From: Candidatus Saccharimonadota bacterium
GTDB taxonomy: Bacteria; Bacteroidota; Bacteroidia; Flavobacteriales; Blattabacteriaceae
NCBI RefSeq assembly: GCF_014251775.1
Contig: NZ_CP059199.1
Location: 60,001-92,000, forward strand
Direction of reading: 5' to 3'
DNA length: 32,000 bases
Both the position numbers and the translations under genes were made by a program. The stretch's first letter is position 1. Each line of letters starts with the position of its first letter. Below the pieces are notes generated by a model. It saw only the letters and a program-made list of their open reading frames with translations. It ran no database searches and was not told the DNA's origin. Positions 18,883 to 28,529 of this stretch are shown here, piece by piece.

Positions 18883-20063
18883 ATGAAAAAAAAAAAACGG
18901 TTGTTGTAGCATTATCCGGTGGAGTAGATTCTAGTGTTGCTGCACTAATTTTAAAAAAAAAAGGATATAATGTAATCGGACTATTTATTAATAATTGGGA
19001 AGATCCTGTTTTTAAATGTAATTGGATAAAAGATAGTATTGATGCTATGCTAATAGCTAATAAATTGAAAATTCCTTTTCAAGTGATAAAAATGAAAAAG
19101 GAATATAATAAATATGTAATCAATTATATGTTTAATGAATATAAAATTGGAAAAACCCCTAATCCTGATATATTATGTAATGAAAAAATAAAATTTAATT
19201 TTTTTTTGAAAATAGCAACTATTAAATTAAAAGCTGATTTTATAGCTACTGGACATTATGTAAAAAAAAAAGAATTAATAAAAAATAATAAAATAATATA
19301 TCGTATTCTTATTGGAAAAGATTTAAATAAAGACCAATCTTATTTCTTGTGTAGACTAAGTCAATATCAATTAAAAAAATCCTTATTTCCATTAGGAAAT
19401 CTAACTAAAGATGAAGTAAGAAAAATTGCTAAATCAAATAATTTTTGTAATGCTTATAAAAAAGATTCTCAAGGATTATGTTTTGTTGGAAAAATTAAAC
19501 TTCCAGAGTTTCTTGAAAAAAGAATTAGTAAAAAAAAGGGAAAAGTTATTTATATAAAATCTAGTTCTTCAATTTATAAAAATAATAATATATCAAAAAC
19601 TGATAATTTTTTTTCTATCAAAAAAAAGATTAAATACAAAGAAACAGATGGAAAAATTATCGGATATCATTCAGGTGCTCATCAATTTACTAAGGGACAA
19701 AGAAAAGGTATATCTATTGGAGGATACAAGAAAGCTCTTTTTGTTATTGATACTGATATAGAAAAAAATATTATCTATACCGGAATGGGACGAGAACATC
19801 CTGGTTTATATAGAAAATATTTATTTATTAAAGAAAAAGATATTCATTGGATTAGAAGTGATATATTCTTATCCTTAGAAGGAGAAAAAATGAAAGTTTT
19901 TTGTAGAATTAGATATAGACAATCTTTACAAAAAGCCACTTTATTTAAATTAAAATTAGGAATATTAATTTTTTTTGAAAAAATGCAATATGCAATATCA
20001 GAAGGACAATTTGCAGTTTGGTATCTTAATAAAGAACTAATTGGATCCGGAATAATATCTTGA
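18883..20063 (+). CDS. mnmA: tRNA 2-thiouridine(34) synthase MnmA, with the start codon out of frame across an A12 tract (frameshifted as written; possible pseudogene, sequencing error or slippage-rescued gene)
   Basis: The frame of the 19047..20063 ORF stays open back to 18870 and encodes VVVALSGGVDSSVAALILKKKGYNVIGLF (PP-loop). Downstream are NPDILCN and QGLCFVG (catalytic Cys motifs). The only ATG (18883) is followed by 12 A and is in a different frame, which stops at 18907. Confidence 0.85.
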
Positions 20064-20227
20064 TTCATTTAAAGGATGATATTATATAAATTGAATTGAT
20101 TTTTTTTTTATTATTTTTGCATCATATCGCATATGATATTTGATTTCGATTATAAAGTTATTTTTAAAAAATTAATTACTTTAAATCATGGAATAAAATA
20201 ATGAGTTCGGTATTATTAAAATGTTAG

Positions 20228-21913
20228 ATGGAAAAAAAGATTAATAATTTTAGTAAAAAAATAACAGAAAATTCTGATTTGCCAGCTGCACATGCAATGT
20301 TATATGCCACTGGATTAAAAGATTTAGATTTTCATAAAGCTCAAATAGGAATAGTTAGCAATTGGTATGAAGGAAATCCATGTAATATGCATCTTAATAA
20401 ATTATCAGAAAAAGTTAAATTAGAATCTATATCTAATGATCTAGTTGGATTTAGAATTAATACTATTGGAATAAGTGATGGAATTACAATGGGAACAGAT
20501 GGAATGAAATATTCTCTTCCTTCTAGAGAGATCATCGCAGATAGTATAGAATCGGTAATTAATTCTCATTATTATGATGGAGTAATTGCTATTCCCGGTT
20601 GTGATAAAAATATTCCTGGTGTTACCATAGCTATAATCCGGTTAAATAGACCATCAATTATTATTTATGGGGGGAGCATTTCTTCTGGAAGATATAAAAA
20701 TGATAAGATAGATATTATTTCTTCTTTTGAAGCTTTAGGGAAAAAAAATACAGGTAAAATATCTAATGAAGAATACAAAAAAATAATAAAAAATTCTTGT
20801 CCTGGTCCTGGAGCATGTGGGGGAATGTATACAGCAAATACTATGGCAGCAATATTAGAAACTATGGGAATTATGTTACCATATTCATCTTCTAATCCAT
20901 CAACTAGTATTGAAAAAATTGAAGAATGCAAAAAATCAGCTATATATATAAAGAAATTATTAAAAAATAATATAAAACCTAAAGATATAATAACAAAAAC
21001 TTCTATAGAAAATGGAATAAAATTGGCTATATGTTTAGGTGGATCTACTAATTTAGTTTTACATATATTAGCTATTGCTAGAGCAGCTGATATAAATTTA
21101 GATCTTTCAGATATCCAAAAAATTAGTGAAAAAGTTCCTTTTATTGGAAATTTAAAACCCAGTGGGAAGTATTTGATGGAAGATATTCATTCAATTGGAG
21201 GATTACCAATTATTATTAAATATTTAATAAAAAAAAAATTATTAAATGGTGATTCTTTAACAGTGACTGGAAAAACAATCAATGAAAATTTAATAGATGT
21301 ACCTGATATAAATTTTAACAATCAAAAAATTATTTTTCCTATTGAAAAACCCATTAAAAATAGTGGACACATTAGAATTTTATATGGAAATTTATCTCCA
21401 AATGGTTCTGTAGCAAAAATAACTGGAATAGAAGGTTTGATTTTTAGAGGAAAAGCTATGGTATTTAATTCTGAAAAAGAAGCAAATTATGCAATTTTAA
21501 ACAATAAAATTATTCCAGGAATAGTATTAGTAATAAGATATGTAGGGCCAAGAGGAGCTCCAGGAATGCCAGAAATGTTAAAACCAACTTCATATATTAT
21601 GGGAAGTGGATTAGGAAAAAATATTGCTCTTATTACAGATGGAAGATTTTCAGGAGGTACTCATGGATTTGTAGTAGGACATATTACTCCTGAAGCCCAA
21701 GTAGGTGGGATGATAGCTTTCATAAAAAATGGTGATTTTATTAAAATAGATGCTGAAAGAAACACTATAGATGTAGAATTAGAAAAATCTGAAATAGAAA
21801 AAAGAAAAAAATCTTGGCTTGCACCTTTATCAAAAATAAAAAAAGGTTATTTATATAAATATTCTAAATTAGTATCATCAGCATCTAAAGGATGCGTTAC
21901 GGACGAATTTTGA
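20228..21913 (+). CDS. ilvD: Dihydroxy-acid dehydratase
   Basis: 561-aa ORF with GISDGITMGTDGMKYSLPSREIIADS, PGCDKNIPG, GPGACGGMYTANTM and TDGRFSGGTHG. Confidence 0.96.
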   Translation: MEKKINNFSKKITENSDLPAAHAMLYATGLKDLDFHKAQIGIVSNWYEGNPCNMHLNKLSEKVKLESISNDLVGFRINTIGISDGITMGTDGMKYSLPSREIIADSIESVINSHYYDGVIAIPGCDKNIPGVTIAIIRLNRPSIIIYGGSISSGRYKNDKIDIISSFEALGKKNTGKISNEEYKKIIKNSCPGPGACGGMYTANTMAAILETMGIMLPYSSSNPSTSIEKIEECKKSAIYIKKLLKNNIKPKDIITKTSIENGIKLAICLGGSTNLVLHILAIARAADINLDLSDIQKISEKVPFIGNLKPSGKYLMEDIHSIGGLPIIIKYLIKKKLLNGDSLTVTGKTINENLIDVPDINFNNQKIIFPIEKPIKNSGHIRILYGNLSPNGSVAKITGIEGLIFRGKAMVFNSEKEANYAILNNKIIPGIVLVIRYVGPRGAPGMPEMLKPTSYIMGSGLGKNIALITDGRFSGGTHGFVVGHITPEAQVGGMIAFIKNGDFIKIDAERNTIDVELEKSEIEKRKKSWLAPLSKIKKGYLYKYSKLVSSASKGCVTDEF

Positions 21914-21925
21914 TTCAATTTTTGT

Positions 21926-23635
21926 ATGTTATATATGGAAAAAAAAATATTTTCCGGTTCCGAAATAGTAATAAAAACTCTTTTAAATGAATATGTAAAA
22001 TATATATTTGGATATCCTGGAGGGGCCATTATGCCAATATATGATTCCTTATATGATTATTCGGATTCAATATCACATATTTTAATGCGTCATGAACAAG
22101 GAGCTATTCATGCAGCACAAGGTTATGCTAGATCTACTGGAAAAGTCGGGGTATGTTTTACTACTTCTGGTCCTGGGGCAACTAATTTAATTACTGGACT
22201 AGCAGATGCATTGATTGATAGTACTCCAATTGTTTGTATAACAGGACAAGTTTCTTCTGATCTTTTGGGAACCGATGCTTTTCAAGAAACAAATATAATA
22301 GACATTTCACTTCCAGTAACTAAATGGAATACTCAAGTTATTTATGCAAAAGATATTTGTAAATCTATTCAAAAGGGTTTTTTCATAGCAAAAAATGGTC
22401 GTCCTGGTCCAATTTTAATTGACATAACTAAAGATGCACAACTACAAAAATCAATATTTTATTTTAAATGTATTAATAAAATTAAAAATTTTAATCCATT
22501 TCCAATTGTAGAAAATAATAAAATAAAGGAAGCTGCGTCTATTATAAATAAATCGAAAAAGCCATTAGCATTAGTTGGTCAAGGTGTAATATTAGCTAAT
22601 GCAGAAAAAGAACTAAAAGAATTTCTTGAAAAAACTGGTATACCAGTAGCTTGTACATTATTAGGATTAGGATCATTATCTAGTAATCATAATTTATATG
22701 TAGGAATGTTAGGAATGCATGGGAATTATGGTCCAAATATTTTAACTAATAAATCTGATGTAATTATTGCAATAGGAATGCGATTTGACGATCGTGTAAC
22801 TGGAAATATAAATAAATACGCTAAACAAGCTAAAATAATTCATCTTGATATAGATAATTCTGAAATAAATAAAAATATTTTATGTCATGTTCCAATTTTA
22901 GGAAATTGTAAAATTTCCTTAAAAAAACTTAATAAACTTGTTATAAAATCTAGTCATAAGAAATGGTTAAAAAATTTTCTTTCCTTAAAAGATAAGGAAA
23001 AAAATGTAGTAATGAAAAAAGATCTTAATCCCAAAAATAAAAAAATAACTATGGGAGAAGTTTTAAAATGGATAAATTTATATAAAAAAAAAAATGCAAT
23101 TCTTGTCACAGATGTAGGACAACATCAAATGATAGCATCAAGATACTTTAATTTTAGTTGTAAAAAAAGTCAAATAACTTCTGGAGGGTTAGGAACAATG
23201 GGTTTTGCTTTACCAGCTTCAATAGGAGCAAAATTAGGAGCAAAAAATAGACAAGTTTTATGTATTGTAGGTGATGGAGGTATACAAATGACTATACAAG
23301 AAATGGGAACTATATTACAAAATAATGTATCTATAAAAATAATATTATTGAATAATAATTTTCTAGGTATGGTCCGTCAATGGCAACAACTTTTTTTTAA
23401 AAAACGTTATTCATTTACAAAATTACAAAATCCAGATTTTGTAAAAATAGCTAATGCTTATAATATAGCAGCTAAAAAAGTTTATAAAAGAGAAAATTTA
23501 CAAAAATCTATAAAAACAGCATTAAGTAATGATAAAAAATCTTTTTTATTAGAAATAATAGTAGAAACAGAGGAAAATGTTTTTCCTATGATTCCATCAG
23601 GATCATCTGTTGAGGAAATACGTTTAAAATTATGA
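21926..23635 (+). CDS. ilvB: Acetolactate synthase (acetohydroxy-acid synthase) large subunit
   Basis: 569-aa ORF with FGYPGGAIMPIYD, TSGPGATNLITG and the ThDP motif GDGGIQMTIQEMGT...LNNNFLGMVRQWQ. An alternative ATG at 21935 is possible. Confidence 0.95.
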   Translation: MLYMEKKIFSGSEIVIKTLLNEYVKYIFGYPGGAIMPIYDSLYDYSDSISHILMRHEQGAIHAAQGYARSTGKVGVCFTTSGPGATNLITGLADALIDSTPIVCITGQVSSDLLGTDAFQETNIIDISLPVTKWNTQVIYAKDICKSIQKGFFIAKNGRPGPILIDITKDAQLQKSIFYFKCINKIKNFNPFPIVENNKIKEAASIINKSKKPLALVGQGVILANAEKELKEFLEKTGIPVACTLLGLGSLSSNHNLYVGMLGMHGNYGPNILTNKSDVIIAIGMRFDDRVTGNINKYAKQAKIIHLDIDNSEINKNILCHVPILGNCKISLKKLNKLVIKSSHKKWLKNFLSLKDKEKNVVMKKDLNPKNKKITMGEVLKWINLYKKKNAILVTDVGQHQMIASRYFNFSCKKSQITSGGLGTMGFALPASIGAKLGAKNRQVLCIVGDGGIQMTIQEMGTILQNNVSIKIILLNNNFLGMVRQWQQLFFKKRYSFTKLQNPDFVKIANAYNIAAKKVYKRENLQKSIKTALSNDKKSFLLEIIVETEENVFPMIPSGSSVEEIRLKL

Positions 23636-23889
23636 TTCATAAGTTTAGATTAGTAATTATAGGAGAAAATGAAATAAGATTATTAAATAGAATACTTATT
23701 TTAATAAGTCGAAGAAATTTAAAAATTAATTATATAAATGTATCTAAAAAAAAATTTGAAAATAATATAAATGAATACTTACTAGATTTAGAATGTAAAA
23801 AAAATCAATTAATAAAACTTAATAAGTTGATTAATCAACTAATTGGAATTAGTCATACTTATTACTATAAAAAAAAAATTTCAGTATGA
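23632..23889 (+). CDS. ilvN: Acetolactate synthase small (regulatory) subunit, ACT domain only
   Basis: 85-aa ORF overlapping ilvB (ATGA) and ilvC (ATGA). VIIGENEIRLLNRILILISRRNLKINYINVS resembles the ENxxGvLxRvxxlFxrRgxNIxSl ACT core of IlvN/IlvH. The operon position also fits. Confidence 0.75.
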   Translation: MIHKFRLVIIGENEIRLLNRILILISRRNLKINYINVSKKKFENNINEYLLDLECKKNQLIKLNKLINQLIGISHTYYYKKKISV

Positions 23890-24932
23890 AAATAAAATTT
23901 GGAAACACAGAAGAAAATATTATTACTAGAGAAGAATTTTCTTTAAATAAAGCTAAAAATATATTAGAAAAAGAAACAATATCTGTATTAGGTTACGGTA
24001 TTCAAGGACCTGGACAATCTTTAAATTTAAGAGATAATGGATTTAATGTAATTATCGGACAAAGAAAAAAATCTGTTTCTTGGAAAAAAGCGTTGAAAGA
24101 TGGTTGGATCGAAGGAAAAAATCTATTTTCTTTGGAAGAAGCATGTAGTAAAGGAACAATATTAATGTATTTATTATCAGATGCTGGTCAAATATCATTT
24201 TGGCCAATACTTAAAAAATATCTAACAAAAAATAAATCTTTATATTTTTCTCATGGATTCGGATTAACTTTCCATAAAAAAACAAAAATATATCCTCCAA
24301 AAAATATAGATATTTTTCTAGTAGCACCTAAAGGATCAGGAACTAGTCTAAGAAGACTTTTTAAAAAAGGAAAAGGGATTAATTCTAGTTATGCTATTTA
24401 TCAAGATTATAGCGGAAAAAGTTTAGAAAAAACTTTATCTATTGGTATTGGAATTGGTTCTGGATATTTATTTAAAACAAATTTTAAAAATGAAGTTTAC
24501 TCTGATTTAGTAGGTGAAAGAGGAACTTTAATGGGGGCAATACAAGGAATATTTTGTGCTCAATATCAAGTTTTAAGAAAAAATGGGCATTCTCCATCAG
24601 AAGCTTTTAATGAGACGGTAGAAGAACTAACTCAAAGTCTAATGCCTTTAGTAGCAGAAAATGGAATGGATTGGATGTACTCTAATTGTTCCACTACTGC
24701 ACAAAGAGGTGCTTTAGATTGGTGGAAAAAATTTAGAGATATTACATTACCATTATTTGAAGAATTATATGAAGAAGTATCTTCTGGAAATGAAGCAGAA
24801 AGAATTATTGTTTCTAATAGTGAATTAGATTATAGAAATAAATTAGAAAAGGAATTAAAAGAATTAAAAAATAGTGAATTATGGAAAGTAGGTGCAGTTA
24901 TTCGTAATTTAAGACCAGATAAAAAAGATTAA
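23886..24932 (+). CDS. ilvC: Ketol-acid reductoisomerase (class I)
   Basis: 348-aa ORF with GYGIQGPGQSLNLRDNG (NADPH site), APKGSGTSLRR, DLVGERGTLMG and NCSTTAQRGA. Confidence 0.95.
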   Translation: MKIKFGNTEENIITREEFSLNKAKNILEKETISVLGYGIQGPGQSLNLRDNGFNVIIGQRKKSVSWKKALKDGWIEGKNLFSLEEACSKGTILMYLLSDAGQISFWPILKKYLTKNKSLYFSHGFGLTFHKKTKIYPPKNIDIFLVAPKGSGTSLRRLFKKGKGINSSYAIYQDYSGKSLEKTLSIGIGIGSGYLFKTNFKNEVYSDLVGERGTLMGAIQGIFCAQYQVLRKNGHSPSEAFNETVEELTQSLMPLVAENGMDWMYSNCSTTAQRGALDWWKKFRDITLPLFEELYEEVSSGNEAERIIVSNSELDYRNKLEKELKELKNSELWKVGAVIRNLRPDKKD

Positions 24933-24943
24933 CTTTTTTAAAA

Positions 24944-26212
24944 TTGATATATAAAATTATTGACAATTATTTTCCTACTTTACAAGGAATAATTAATGCG
25001 AAAAATCGTTTAAAAAATATTATTTTCAATACTCCATTACAAAAAAATAATTTTTTATCAGAAAAATACAATGCTAATGTCTTTTTAAAAAGAGAAGATT
25101 TACAGATTATACGTTCCTATAAAATTAGAGGGGCGTATAATAAAATAAAAAGTTTATCCTCTTTTCATTTAAAAAATGGAATTGTTTGTGCTAGTGCTGG
25201 AAATCATGCGCAAGGAGTAGCTTATTCTTGTAAAAAATTAAAAATTCCTGGAAAAATATATATGCCTAATACTACTCCTAAACAAAAAATAGATAGAGTA
25301 GAAAAATTTGGAAAAAAATATATAGAAATAATTCTTATAGGGGATAATTTTGATGCAGTAAACTTTGAAGCAATAAAAGATTGTAAGAAAAATAAAAAGT
25401 TATTTATTCATCCATTTGATGATACCAAGATTATTGAAGGACAAGCCACAATTGGATTAGAAATATTACAACAATCTAATGTAACAATTGATTATATTTT
25501 TATTCCTATTGGAGGAGGCGGGTTGATTTCTGGAGTTGGAAGTTATTTTAAACATTTTAGCCCTGAAACAAAAATTATTGGTGTAGAACCTACTGGAGCT
25601 CCATCAATGAGTTATTCATTAAAAAATGGAAAGGTTTTAGAATTAAACGAAATTGATAGATTTATTGATGGAGCTTCAGTAAAAAAGGTAGGGGAATTAA
25701 ACTTTAAAATATGTAAAAAAATTTTATATGATATAAAAACTGTTCCAGAAGGAAAAGTATGTACTACTATTTTAGATTTATATAATTTAGAAGCTATAGT
25801 GGCAGAACCAGCTGGAGCTTTATCAATATCTGCTTTAGATTTTTATTCTAAAGAAATAAAAGGAAAAAATATAGTATGTATATTAAGTGGAGGAAATAAT
25901 GATATTACCAGAACAGAAGAAATAAGGGAAAGATCTCTTTTATATGAAGAGAAAAAACATTATTTTATAGTTAAATTTCCACAAAGATCTGGATCTTTAA
26001 AAGAATTTATCAATAACGTTTTAGGACCTAAACATGATATTTCTTATTTTTCGTATTCTAAAAAAACCTCAAGAGAGGAAGGACCAGCAATAATAGGAAT
26101 TGAATTAATAGATAAAAAGGAATTTCCTAAATTATTAGAAAAAATGAATAAACACAATGTTAATTTTCAATATTTAAATAAAAATCCCGATTTATTTCGC
26201 GTACTTATTTAA
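24944..26212 (+). CDS. ilvA: Threonine ammonia-lyase (threonine dehydratase), biosynthetic, single regulatory domain
   Basis: 422-aa ORF with TPLQK, KREDLQIIRSYKIRGAY (PLP lysine), SAGNHAQGVA and GGGGLISG, plus a C-terminal ACT-like domain. No ATG is available, so the start is probably TTG at 24944. Confidence 0.93.
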   Translation: MIYKIIDNYFPTLQGIINAKNRLKNIIFNTPLQKNNFLSEKYNANVFLKREDLQIIRSYKIRGAYNKIKSLSSFHLKNGIVCASAGNHAQGVAYSCKKLKIPGKIYMPNTTPKQKIDRVEKFGKKYIEIILIGDNFDAVNFEAIKDCKKNKKLFIHPFDDTKIIEGQATIGLEILQQSNVTIDYIFIPIGGGGLISGVGSYFKHFSPETKIIGVEPTGAPSMSYSLKNGKVLELNEIDRFIDGASVKKVGELNFKICKKILYDIKTVPEGKVCTTILDLYNLEAIVAEPAGALSISALDFYSKEIKGKNIVCILSGGNNDITRTEEIRERSLLYEEKKHYFIVKFPQRSGSLKEFINNVLGPKHDISYFSYSKKTSREEGPAIIGIELIDKKEFPKLLEKMNKHNVNFQYLNKNPDLFRVLI

Positions 26213-26241
26213 TTATTATTTGTTTGATAAATAATTAATAA

Positions 26242-26325
26242 TACCCACGACTGGATTTGAACCAGCACATCTTTGCAGATACCACCCCCTCAAGGTGGCG
26301 TGTCTACCAATTTCACCACGTGGGC
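26242..26325 (-). tRNA. tRNA-Leu (anticodon GAG), class II with long variable arm, no encoded CCA
   Basis: The reverse complement folds as a cloverleaf. The acceptor stem is GCCCACG/CGTGGGT and the D-arm is GTG-AAATTGGTAGA-CAC. The anticodon arm is CCACC-TTGAGGG-GGTGG with anticodon GAG. The variable arm is 15 nt (TATCTGCAAAGATGT), the T-arm is GCTGG-TTCAAAT-CCAGT and the discriminator is A. Confidence 0.93.
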
Positions 26326-26398
26326 TGAGTCAGCTAAATTTAATTTAAATATAAATAAATTTATGTATTTTATTAGAAATTTTATTTAAAATAAAATT

Positions 26399-27118
26399 AT
26401 GAATATAGCAATTATAGGTTATGGAAAAATGGGAAAAGCTTTGGAAAGAATAGCAAAACTTAGAAATCATAATATTTCATTACGTTATGATAATACTCCT
26501 AATCCAAAATTATTAAAAAATTCAGATCTAGCAATAGAATTTAGTCAACCAAATACAGCTTTTCAAAACGTAAAAATTTGTATAGAAAATAACATTCCAG
26601 TTGTATGTGGTACTACAGGCTGGTTAGAAAAACTAAATATAGTTAAAAATATTTGTCTAAATAATAAAGGATCTTTTTTATATTCTTCTAATTTTAGTAT
26701 TGGAATGAATATATTTTATATAATAAATAAAAAATTATCCAATTTGTTATATCCATATTCAAATGAATATGAGGTAATAATAAAAGAAACTCATCATACA
26801 AAAAAAATAGATAAACCTAGTGGAACTGCTATATCATTAGCCAATGATATAATAAGTAGTAAAATGAAAAAATCATGGAAGATTATAAATCATAATGATG
26901 AAAATAAAAAAGATACTAATTCTATATTCATAGAATCTAAAAGATTGGATAATGTAATAGGAGAACATAAAGTAATTTATAAATCTATCATTGAAAAAAT
27001 AGTTTTAAAACATGAAGCATATAATAGAGATATATTTGCTATTGGTGCCATTATTGCTGCAGAATGGCTTTTAGATAAAAAAGGTTTTTTTTCAATGAAA
27101 GATGTTTTGGAATTATAA
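26399..27118 (+). CDS. dapB: 4-hydroxy-tetrahydrodipicolinate reductase
   Basis: 239-aa ORF with N-terminal IAIIGYGKMGKA, VCGTTGW, SSNFSIG and ETHHTKKIDKPSGTA (the DapB E/HHxxKxDxPSGTA signature). Confidence 0.92.
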   Translation: MNIAIIGYGKMGKALERIAKLRNHNISLRYDNTPNPKLLKNSDLAIEFSQPNTAFQNVKICIENNIPVVCGTTGWLEKLNIVKNICLNNKGSFLYSSNFSIGMNIFYIINKKLSNLLYPYSNEYEVIIKETHHTKKIDKPSGTAISLANDIISSKMKKSWKIINHNDENKKDTNSIFIESKRLDNVIGEHKVIYKSIIEKIVLKHEAYNRDIFAIGAIIAAEWLLDKKGFFSMKDVLEL

Positions 27119-27125
27119 ATTCTAA

Positions 27126-28529
27126 TTGATGTTAGAATATATTATATATCATAGCATTTTTTTGTTAATTGAAAATATTATCCATATACTATTAACCTGT
27201 AATATATATAAAAATTTTAATATCAGTTATCAAAAGTCTTTTATCCCATTTTACAATATTGCAAATTATCTAAAAGCACATAGAAGGTCTATTTTTTATA
27301 TGTTTTTATTGATTAATCCATTAACTAGTATTATTTTATATTTAATTTTGTGGATTGATCTAATTTATTCATTCCATAAAAATAAATTTTCTTTATCATT
27401 TTTAATATATTTAATATTTTTTGGATTTTTTCATATACTTTATATTAATTTTTTTCGTAAAAAAAATGATATTTTAGTTATAAAAAAAATAGATATTAAA
27501 AATAATAATTTTTTATTATCTATAATTTTTTCTTTTATTATTCAAACTTATATAATCCAACCATTTTTTATTCCTACTTCATCTATGGAAAAAACATTGT
27601 TAGTAGGAGATTTTATATTAGTTAGTAAAATCCATTATGGATTGAAATTACCTATTTTACCTGTTTTTATTCCATTTACATTTAAAAAAAATAATTTTTT
27701 AGGATTAAAGGATTATTTTCCATTTAGTTTTAATTCTATGCAATCAATAAAAAGAAACGATATAATTGCTTTTAAATTTCCTATAAATTATGAAAATTCA
27801 ATAATAGATAAAAAATATAATTATATTAAAAGATGTGTAGGGATTCCAGGAGATACTATTTTTATTAAAAATGGTAATTTATTTATTAATAATAAAAAAG
27901 AGAAAAATGAATTTTTTTCAACAAAACAACAATCTTATATTATAAAAACAAATAAAATTTATCTAAATATAAAATTTTTAAAAGATAATATGGATATAAA
28001 AAAAATATATTTTTTAGGAAAAAAATATCAAAAATACTATTATCAAACCACTTTAACTAAAGAAGATGTCAAAAAAATGAAATATTTATTCAAAAATAAA
28101 ATTTTTATAGAAAAGTATATAACACCTAATAATATAAAAGATAATTGTATTATACAAAATAAAGAGGAAATTATATGGAATAAAGATTTTTTTGGACCAC
28201 TTCATATTCCTAAAAAAGGAGATTTAGTTGAAATTAATTCAGATAATGCGCATATGTATAAAAAAATTTTTCCTTATGAATGTAATAAAAAAAGATTAAT
28301 CAATAAAGGTTTAAAGAAATTTATAAAAATAAACAATCATTATTATTTTATGATGGGAGATAATAGACATAATTCTTATGATTCTAGATATTGGGGATTG
28401 GTTTCTGATAATCAAATCATTGGACCAGCTTTGATTACATGGATGAGTGTTTCTTGGGATGAAGATAATCCTATTAATTTCCTAAAATGGAATATCCGTT
28501 GGAATAGAATAATGAAAAAAATTAACTGA
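27126..28529 (+). CDS. lepB: Signal peptidase I
   Basis: 467-aa ORF with an N-terminal multi-TM region, the catalytic Ser box IPTSSMEKTLLVGD, the Lys box IKRCVGIPGD and GDNRHNSYDSRYWG. The ORF opens at TTG 27126, but ATG at 27129 is the more likely start. Confidence 0.9.
   Translation: MMLEYIIYHSIFLLIENIIHILLTCNIYKNFNISYQKSFIPFYNIANYLKAHRRSIFYMFLLINPLTSIILYLILWIDLIYSFHKNKFSLSFLIYLIFFGFFHILYINFFRKKNDILVIKKIDIKNNNFLLSIIFSFIIQTYIIQPFFIPTSSMEKTLLVGDFILVSKIHYGLKLPILPVFIPFTFKKNNFLGLKDYFPFSFNSMQSIKRNDIIAFKFPINYENSIIDKKYNYIKRCVGIPGDTIFIKNGNLFINNKKEKNEFFSTKQQSYIIKTNKIYLNIKFLKDNMDIKKIYFLGKKYQKYYYQTTLTKEDVKKMKYLFKNKIFIEKYITPNNIKDNCIIQNKEEIIWNKDFFGPLHIPKKGDLVEINSDNAHMYKKIFPYECNKKRLINKGLKKFIKINNHYYFMMGDNRHNSYDSRYWGLVSDNQIIGPALITWMSVSWDEDNPINFLKWNIRWNRIMKKIN

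Noticed and set aside
26335-26342. TAAATTTA about 10 nt upstream of the 5' end of the minus-strand tRNA-Leu, considered as a Bacteroidota -7 promoter box
   Set aside because: It has one mismatch to TAnnTTTG at the invariant G. It is also a self-complementary AT-only octamer of a kind abundant in this sequence, so there is not enough evidence to call a promoter.
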